A stretch of 43,269 bases of DNA, taken from positions 1 to 43,269 of the forward strand of contig JAUCBJ010008255.1 of NCBI GenBank assembly GCA_032718475.1. The letters are read 5' to 3'. The notes beneath the pieces were generated by a model. It saw only the letters and a list, made by a program, of their open reading frames with translations. It made no database searches and was not told the origin of the DNA. Both the position numbers and the translations under genes were made by a program. This DNA is from Nemertoderma westbladi (Eukaryota > Animalia > Xenacoelomorpha). Each line of letters begins with the position of its first letter. Position 1 is the stretch's first letter. Positions 34,561 to 43,269 of this stretch are shown here, piece by piece.

Positions 34561-37500
34561 TCAGCATCATATCCTTTGGTTGCTTCCTCTAGAGTATCAG
34601 CTAAATGATGTTGGTTGGTGAGACGAAGACATTTACAAAAAGATAGAAAATCCTTGTAAGATCTTTTCATTACTGCGTTTATAAGTACAACATTCTTACT
34701 ATCTATTGATTCTTTACATTCTATTATTTCTATGATAGATTTACTTATAACGTTTCTGCTAACAAGAAGCTGTGCCACAAATTTAGTTTGTTCTAAATTT
34801 TTCATTAACATATATTTATACTTTGTTAGAATATCAGGGAACATTTGGTCTTCCATTTTGATTTTTTCATGCAAAATTTCAACCAAAAGCGGTTGATTGG
34901 TTACATATAATGCTTCAATAAATACTTTGTAATTATTTTCTGATCCCCATTTTATTGACTCCAACAAAATCTTATTCTTACTCAACAAATTCGACTTAGA
35001 TTCAATAACAGCTAAAACTTCCTTTGATATAGCCCCCTTACTTGCTAAGTATACAAGTAACTCTGAGATTTCCAGTCTATCAATAAGGTCTTCTTGGTTA
35101 GTTGTAATGTTTAACCAATGTGAGCTAAATCTCCCAACAACAGGGAATTTTCCACTAATAAACCGACTTCTAACAGAGTTATTAAATTGACATTCAAGAA
35201 AATCATTTGATAAAATATCAGCCAGTTTAACAAAGTGAAAACATCCTTCTTCATTGCAGTCAAGTAATCTATGTTGATCGCATTTAGCATTACACTCACA
35301 TTTTATTTCGAAATCAAATGAAATATTTTTAAATCTCATTTGGGTAATAATTTCCTTCAATGAAGTATTAATAAAATGATTTACTTTATTAACAATATCC
35401 GGATCTGGTGCAAGTTTTCTTTCAGTTTGTTCATCGCCCGAACTAAACATCTCAGATCTAATTACCTGAACTTTAATCCAATTTAATGAAATAGAAGATT
35501 TTTCCAAAATTACCTGATGATTAAAATCTAAAAATATTTGAGCAACTCTGTGGTAAAGTTTAGGTTGAATTACTCTATTACCTACAATGTATGACAAATC
35601 TATAGTTCTCTTAATTAAACGGTAGTACAATCCTTGCGGTAAGAAACTCTTGAATGTAATATAAAATTCAACTTTACATTGTCTTGGTGTGAATGGAGTA
35701 TATCTAACAGATTTAAGGCGGCAAGGTACATAATAAGCCAACTTTACATCATCTTGCAATGTTCTTTCGGTTCTTGGTAAAACTCGTTCACATAATAAAT
35801 CAAAACGTTCTAGAATATTCAACATAAATTGTTTTTTATCAAGAACGCCTTCCCACAGATAATCAAGGAGTTCTTCATGTAATATACCATTGTCGTCCAG
35901 GTCCTTCCAGAACGTAAAATGTTGTTTCTTTATTTTGTCTTTTACAGTTATTATTTTGGTAAACATTCCACTCAACCATTCTGGGCTCAGTATAACAGTA
36001 TCCCTTAGAGATTCATCGTCAAAGTAAATTATTGTACCCAAATCGTGGTAAAATTCTAACATGGTTTTCAAACCAATGTTATCCATTTCAACATCAATAT
36101 CCTTTAATTTAATCTCTAGCAAGTCAATGTCAATATAAACTTTACCATCCGTAATTAATTGAGACACAAGTTGGTCAAATTTTAGATATTGCAAAGGTAT
36201 TTCCCCCTTAAAATTTGCCATTTCGTTGACAATATTTGCCTGTAAATTTTCAAGTCCTTTGTCTCCACCATATATAATTTCTCTATTATTCTCTATAGCA
36301 ATGTAATCTTTAATTAGATTATCTGTATATGAAGATTTACCCAAATGGGTCTTAACCTTTTCAAATATTTTACTTGCTATTACAGATTGAGTATCAGGAT
36401 CAGCATGTAAGCTGCCTTTATGAGTTCCAACTACAAAAACAGGTGGACAAGAATTTACTTCTAGTTTTGTACCAAATGAATAAATATTTTTTAACCAGAA
36501 TTCAATAAACTCAATATTCTTAATCTCACCGAAAACAAACTCATTAATATTGTTTTCATCAGATCTGAAAATAATATCTGGAGTTTTCTCAAGATTTTCC
36601 AAGAGATTAAATACAATTATATAAATAGCTCGTCTGCTCAAAAATATCTGATGGGTTGTGTAATAAATACATTGGCCTCCAAAATCGACTATCTGTAGAG
36701 AAAAGCGACTGTCTTCCTCATTAAATTTAGCCAGAATATCTTGAGGTTTACCAGATAACAATATATCCTCTACTCCCTTTGTGATGTTGCCGGGAATATC
36801 ATTTTCCATAGCTTTCCTTATGGGTTGCCTAGAAAGATTTTCTTCAATAGGTTTACTTTCATTCTCACCAGTTAATAAAGTTGTACTGGATTTTTTATTT
36901 ATCCACAAACTATCCTTTTGAACTTTCTCAGCACCATAACTTGAAGTTGTAGTTGCAATCTTATGTTGATCATCAGTAGAAGATGAAGGTGTTGCAACTG
37001 AGGGTGTCGCAATACCAATACCCATTGCTGAAGTTCCAGAAATATCAGACTCATCACCTGCAACTTGTTTTCTTTCTAGAACTGTTTTTGCAATTTCCTT
37101 AGTAATGACGACATCAACAGCTGTCTCAGGCTCTTCTTTCATGTTGGTCCAATCTGTGTTTTGTTCGGTATTAATAATACAGTTCGCAGATGAGTCAATA
37201 CCATCAGTTATTGGTTCATTTATATCAAATGGTTGACCAATCAGGGACTTCTTCAAACTAGTTTTACCAGCCCTCTCTTGTCCCACTAACATTAACCGGG
37301 TTTTCAGTATCCATGTAGTCCCTTTAGAAAGAGCTGCTTTATAAGCAGCCAATGCTTCTGGGCCTCTCGCCAGTATCTCTATTGGCAGTTTTTGTTCTTT
37401 TATATAATTAATTAAAAATTTTGGAAGTTTCAGAGTATTTGATCCACTTATATTCATAATCATAAGTCCCATGTCTCTGAATTTATTAACAATTTCTATT

Positions 37501-37807
37501 GTTGAAATTTCATTTAAACCCCAAATACTAACCAGATTCTGGGTTGTTAGCTCAGAAATATCTGCATCCAGTCTAAAGTAAAGTTGTTTTTCCTTATCAG
37601 AAAGAACATCAACAGTAGACTTAATTATATCAGTTATCTTACCCTGGAGTGGTTTATTTATGGGACCAACCCATCCAATATACTCAACAATTTCCTTTAA
37701 TTCTTCAGCTTTCTCCAATATACTTTTCACCTGTTCGATACTTTTCTTTGTTTCAGTTTGACCTTCACGGAACGTATCAATTACTGTAATTGTGCCGCCA
37801 CTATCTC
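34440..37807 (-). CDS. Roco-family protein, large exon: winged-helix-like segment, Roc GTPase, COR, Cys/His cluster, two CARD-like death-fold domains
   Basis: PIEILARGPEALAAYKAAL lead-in; G1 GQERAGKTS, G2 ITDGI, G3 DFGGQ, G4 GTHK; COR motifs EIPLQY, FYHDLGTIIYF, VILSPEWL, GIL, YYVP, LPQGLYYRL; two repeats of about 85 aa with CARD pattern ending FIEAL..TNQ..L and FCKCL..TNQ..LA. Probable acceptor (TTTATACAG) at 37808-37809, so upstream exons are likely. Confidence 0.88.
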
Positions 37808-37859
37808 CTGTATAAAGTATAATTATTGTTAAGCTGTCTTTCCACTGAGTTGACATCCA

Positions 37860-38205
37860 ATATTACGATGAAAAATTCTGGGTTGGAGCAAGTTAAATAT
37901 TATTAATCAAATTACAAATATAATTATAAATATAATTTGTTAGGCGCTCCAGTATGCATCTACGGTCCCTATACGTTTCCCTGCCTATGTCTTCTGTTTT
38001 TTGGTTACAACATTTGTTATGTTTTTAGTGCAATTTTCAACAGATATCAAGTCGTACGTTACGTTAGTCAATTCTGTAATTTATATTAGAATTTGTACTT
38101 TATTGATAAAGATAGCGCTGAGCTACCGAAATATATATGTAATTATATTTGACGTTTGATTAATAATATTTAACTTGCTCCAACCCTGAATTATTCATCG
38201 AATAT
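37860..38205. mobile_element. MITE-like inverted-repeat element, about 345 bp
   Basis: GGGTTGGAGCAAGTTAAATATTATTAATCAAA is the exact reverse complement of TTTGATTAATAATATTTAACTTGCTCCAACCC; arms of about 75 bp. Confidence 0.8.
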
Positions 38206-38265
38206 ATCTGACATCTCAAACTTTCTTATAGTTAATCCAAAATTACGTATTATAGCAAGGATAAA

Positions 38266-38360
38266 CGGACAATAGGCGGGACAATAGGCGGGACAATAGG
38301 CGGGACAATAGGCGGGACAATAGGCGGGACAATAGGCGGGACAATAGGCGGGACAATAGG
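38266..38360. repeat. 12-bp tandem repeat, about 8 copies
   Basis: GGACAATAGGCG repeated. Confidence 0.95.
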
Positions 38361-38436
38361 ATGGTTAAAATTATAAAAATAAGTTTTTTGCAATATTTCT
38401 GAGCCGAAGTATGAAGCTGAAATACAATATCTCACT

Positions 38437-38578
38437 GATACTGTATACTGTTAATATAAACAACTACCCGCGATACTGTATACTGTTAATATAAACAACC
38501 ACCCGCGATATTGTATACTGTTAATATAAACAACTACCCGCGATACTGTATACTGTTAATATAAACAACTATCCGCGA
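38437..38578. repeat. 35-bp tandem repeat x4
   Basis: GATACTGTATACTGTTAATATAAACAACTACCCGC. Confidence 0.95.
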
Positions 38579-38807
38579 GATGTGGTCGAGAATAGTCTCC
38601 AACACTCCTCCAGCTCCAACAGTAGCACCCAAACCTACTGACGATACTGACTGTTATACGATTTGTACCAACAGTCTCCAAAGCTATAAAAACAATCCTT
38701 GATCAGATTGGATTGCACACATTTAATTTCGAACGTAGGACTCAGTCAAATATATTGGACCAGACGAACTACCAATTCAAACTTCGGTCTAATAGCAGTC
38801 AATAGTG

Positions 38808-39203
38808 CTGGTTTACAAGGCTGAGATACTGTAACTCCTTCTTGAAATGACTCCCCAATCGTCTCAGCCTAGGCTGAGAACACTCCCCACCCCCAGATAT
38901 CTTAGTCTAGGCTTAGAACACCCCCGTTAGGCTGAGATGACTCCCCTTAGGCTGAGATGACTCCCCTAATTGAGTTATAATTAATCTCCGTACCTGTGCT
39001 ATTTCCGTTTATTGAAAAAATTAAACTGTTACCTATGTTAATGAGTTGTCGTTTATTGTTTTGGTTAGAAAAGCCTGCCACTGTAACCTGCTCCTTTCCG
39101 TTAATTAAGTAATCTAGGAAGAAAACTGGGGGTGTTCTCAGCCTAGACTGAGAATACTGGGGAGTCATATTTGGTGGGGAGTTATCTTAGCCTGTTACAT
39201 CGG
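38808..39203. mobile_element. Non-autonomous DNA transposon with subterminal repeats (possibly Mutator-like)
   Basis: Multiple AGGCTGAGA(TG)ACTCCCC units on the left, inverted GGGGAGTCAT / CTCAGCCT units on the right; right end TGTTACATCGG. Confidence 0.55.
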
Positions 39204-40194
39204 ACGAACTACCAATTAAGGGGGGGGGGGGGGGGGGGGGGGTACAGCATTTTCGGACAACTTTTTTTTAATCTTAAAATTTTTTTTACAAAGTTTAAGT
39301 TGACTCGTTTTGAAACTGTTTCGATTCCGATTTAAAGAGGGTTGGGAAAGAAGGTTAAACTCATGCATGCAATATGTAAAATAGACGGTAATGCCTGAAC
39401 TGACCATAATTACATTGGAAAACTTAAACGAAAACATGTAAAACGCCACAACGAACATTATTTATGGAGAGTGTTAGAGTTTTTACTGACAGTGTTGGTG
39501 GTGGGCTTAAAATTTGAATGTAAATAATGGTAATTGGTAAATAAAAAGTATCGATTTACAGTTATATGCGGTCTTATATAATGGTTATAAACGTTGTGGA
39601 ATAACACAACACTGTATCGACAATGGCCACTTATTCGACGAATATAACGTGTCAGTTCTAGACTCCCATATATAGATCCAACCGATTTGGCAACTCACGA
39701 AACTATTCAAATACGAACTAATTTATATACATATGTTTTTATAATAATTTATTTTACCAGGAATAAAATGACATTAAAAATTGTACTTTCTTTGATGAGT
39801 GGCACTTATATACTTATATGAACTTACATTAATATTGTATTTATTAATATACTGTACACTCGTAATTTTTGAAAAAGACACTTACTCTGCTATAAACAGT
39901 ACAATAATTCCACACTTATTGTAACATGAGAAAACCTACCAAATCCAATGATACATTTCTCTGTTTGTGGGAAAGTATGTTTGTTTGTGGTGGTGGGAAA
40001 TTTCAAAAAGGTCAGGGTATCATATTCTGTATCACTACCGGTCTAAATACTATAGAGTAAAGTTGTTCCAAACAGTATTCCAAACAGTATGAGTAAAAAA
40101 TCATCTCCCTACTGCCCGATAATTTAACTCGCAGAAATAAGTTGTTTCTTTATTAAATATTGTATTAGTTCAACTCAGAGCAGAGGACCGACCC

Positions 40195-41340
40195 CATGTA
40201 ACCGGAATTTTCAATTTTACATTTAAATTTTTACGTTAGCGTTTTATAAAAGTGTCTTTTACGAAATTGTTGCCCTCGTTTCGTTGCCAATTTTCTCATC
40301 AATAGTGATTTATTTTTTATATATTTGAAAGCTTGCATTGCGATGATTCCAAATATGTATCAATGTCTAAGTTTCGTTGAGAAACATATGAGATATGGGC
40401 GTTCTAAGATTGCAAGAAGTATCTTTCATTATAATATACCAGTTATTCCGTTTCGTAAACACAAAACGTTCTGGAACATATTATTTATGTACGTGTGGGG
40501 CGAGCCAAGAAGTTGGCGGAGCCTTAGCGAATTGACACTGTTAGGGGGTGGGTCAATTTATGCAAATAGTTGTCGTCGTCGTCGTTGTCGTCGTCGTCGT
40601 CGTCGTTGTCGTCGTCGTCGTCGTTACGATTTTGACATGCTAATAACTTTGTCGGATTTAAAGCTGCCAAGTTGAAAATTTGTAGGTATCAATATGAGCA
40701 AAAGTTGAGATTTTTGAGAGACTTTCAGACACCATCAGTGCAATGGTCTCCCGCTAGAGGGCCACATGTCTAAACATTAAATGCCCTCCCATTTCTTTGC
40801 TTTTAATCCGTTTAAGCTGAAACTTGGCAGATATGTATTAGACCATTAGCTGTGACTTTCAAAGGAGGCGAATCCATCTGCAGTTCTCCAGTCTGCCGCT
40901 AGAGGGCCAACGTGACTATTTGCATAAATTGACCTACCCCCTAACAGTGTCAATTCGCTAAGGCTCTGCCAACTTCGTGCTGCGCGAAGTCCCCACTTCG
41001 TGTAGCTATGCATACATAAATATTTTGCCTATGAAACTATACTTCATAGGCATGATAAAAATAATAACACGTTCTAGAATGTTGTGTTTATATTAAAAAA
41101 AACATTGTATTATAAATGACCTCCAGCGAATGATAATTTATCACAATCTTTGAACGCCAGTATTATATCTCAGCTGTTTCTCAACGAAACTCAAAATAAA
41201 TTTATATTTGGAATCCTTACAACTCAAGCTTTCTAATAATATGTCATATGTCATATGAGGAATGGCCGTGATGCAATGAGGGCGATATCGCAAACGTTAA
41301 AAGTCTATATTCAAAAAGGAAAATTCTACGTAGCTCCATG
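40195..41340. mobile_element. Diverged long-TIR non-autonomous DNA transposon interrupted by a central insertion
   Basis: Inverted matches: AGTTTCGTTGAGAAACA / TGTTTCTCAACGAAACT, GATTCCAAATAT / ATATTTGGAATC, GAAAGCTTG / CAAGCTTTC. Confidence 0.65.
40482..41022 (+). mobile_element. Helentron/DINE-like non-autonomous element
   Basis: Near-perfect subterminal inverted repeat of about 60 bp (40510-40570 vs 40915-40976), a (GTC)n microsatellite just inside the left arm, T-rich flanks. Confidence 0.6.
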
Positions 41341-41906
41341 TTAAATAAAGTAAGATAAAGATTGTATAAAAATAAGGTGGGCTGTGGGTTAGGGATGTCC
41401 CTTCTTATCTAAAATGACACTTTATTACGGGCAAGGTGTTATATATTATAATAATTAAAGCCTTTGTTGTATGCCTAAGTAATGGGACTGTGTGACAGAC
41501 TTAAAAATGAAAGTTTATATTGTACATTACCGGTTGTATTCTCTGTACAGTTACTTTACTGCATTGCAGTACCGGTAGGCCTATTGGTACCATTATAGTT
41601 TGTTTATTTAAGTAGAACTACCAGTTGGTTAAAACGCCATTGATACAAACCAATAACAAACAACCTAACAGATAACTGAATAGAATACATAATATTATTA
41701 AGCTAATTGCTGGTTTATTAGTTTATTTTTATGTTACATTTACCGGAACCAAACTGCACCTAAAACTATCCGACTACAGGGACTATGTTATAATGGTCTA
41801 TATTCTGATACCCCTATTAGACTAATTTCAATTTCGTTCCCATGGTACCCAATATTGGCAGGAGGTAGTGAAGGTAATGTTCAGTTAATCCGCATCATAT
41901 CGGTAA

Positions 41907-43269
41907 TAGTCCAGTCAATCTAGCCAAAAGAGGGGGTCAACCCATAAGAAATTCGCAATCAACCAAAACCAAATTTTTTAGGTTCTATATTATCTTGTTA
42001 TTGCCCAAAAAAAAGTCTATAAAAATATATGTTGCGGAACATATTAAATTTCATGCAAACATATGTCCTATTTTTGCAATACCCAATAATTGCTCTTTCT
42101 GATAATGGAGCTATTTGTTTGCTTAATTATAACACAAGTTGCTTGGTAACTGCTCAATAGAACTATTTCCTATTGATAGTGATGTACAGTAGCTAGCTAC
42201 TTTTTTGACAAATCACTACAACTACTTTAATATTATGTAGTATTTTTCTTTAAACACTCTTTATGGGTTTGTATTAGCAAGGTGACTTTTTTGAACGTTC
42301 AGTGCTGTTTATAAAATAATTTGAAGGTACTTTAAAAGATATCCTAATTTTTTGTGATGGATGGCTTTACAATTTTTTCAAGGCAAGAGAGATCCATATG
42401 CTGTCGCATTTGTTATTTTGATATTAATTAATGAAATTATGTACTTTTTGCATAGTAATATCACTACTGACTTCATTGCAACATTAAAAAAAATATATAT
42501 AAGTTCTATCAAGATTATCATGTGTTGATGTTTGCTAGTAGGTTGGAACTGTTTACCATACGGAATGTGATGTCACTTTTCGTAAGATGAGAAAATTGCA
42601 AGCCATCGATGTCTTTCAATCAGAAACTGAAAGATTTAAGGTCGGTCGGCCAGAAGACATTGTTCGTACACATCACAAGCATTTATGGAGGCTGTTAAGC
42701 GTTTGGAAGATGGGTAACAGTTGACAATCAGCGATATACTAGGGATAATGGAAACAAATTTAAAAGACACCGGGTATGAAGGTTTACAGTTTCACACACA
42801 GGAAAGATAAACTTATAGATCACTTTGTGGATAAAATTGTAATCTCTGAAGTTTGCGGCAAACCAAATGGTTTTACATTTTACTGAAATGTGGACAAAGT
42901 CATCCGTGAGTTTTATAAACGTACCAAATATGTTGATGCACAGAAGGAAAAGGATCACATAATAGAAACAGCTCCTAAAATTTGTAATATATGAGATATA
43001 AGCAAATGCTCAATACGAAATATTTAACAATAAATACCCCACGGCAGCCCAGATGACGAATGGTTACTGGAAGCTATCAGCTGCAATCGGCTAAGTATCA
43101 CAGCTATCGTGTATACCTCCAGATACAGGTATAGACAGGATTTCCGATTTAAATACAATTGATTGGGGTTGGAAGCTCATAGATGGGAAGCTTCTTCCCA
43201 AAACAACCGATCAGCCACCTGAACCACCTGAGATAATGGAAGCAGTTAGCTGCAACTGCAAGAAAGGTT
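41907..43269 (+). mobile_element. Second Academ-like element, internally deleted, running off the window
   Basis: Candidate TAG 5' end at 41907. Broken frames from about 42600: VGRPED, QLTISD, DHFVDKIVI..CGKPN..FY...EKDHIIETA, then C-terminal H..RVYLQ...DWGWKLIDGKLLP.TT..P..P.....SCNCKKG. Confidence 0.65.

Noticed and set aside
37808-37856. MSTQWKDSLTIIILYT as the true N-terminus of the Roco protein
   Set aside because: It ends in an acceptor-like TTTATACAG and abuts a MITE, so it is more likely intron read-through; not fully excluded
507-39458. Poly-Pro/Gly and repeat ORFs (507, 15406, 22333, 22725, 24070, 38250, 39216)
   Set aside because: Explained by C/G homopolymers or short tandem repeats
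40325-40675. Protamine-like Arg/Cys-rich ORF
   Set aside because: Translation of the (GTC)n microsatellite inside a repeat element

Overview
AT-rich eukaryotic (animal, probably invertebrate) genomic DNA dominated by nested transposable elements; nothing looks prokaryotic. Left half: CR1/L2-type LINE 3' ends, then a decayed Academ-like DNA transposon. A young Bel/Pao LTR retrotransposon (2772-14504, GTAAC target-site duplication, intact 2164-aa gag-pol frame) is inserted in its X-box-rich terminal repeat. The Bel/Pao has a 2.17-kb 3' LTR, a 5' LTR cut to 357 bp, and a 2.7-kb post-pol region with unexplained ORFs. Middle: fold-back MITEs, Helentron-like elements, and two RTE LINE halves in opposite orientation. 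Right half: a minus-strand Roco-family locus. Its large open exon encodes an Apaf-1-like winged-helix segment, Roc GTPase, COR, a Cys/His cluster and two CARD-like domains. The frame then runs into a 3.5-kb 36-bp minisatellite, followed by two further degraded copies of the Cys-CARD module and a 3.1-kb 30-bp minisatellite bounded by splice-like sites. All domain and family calls are by-eye motif recognition; no searches were run.
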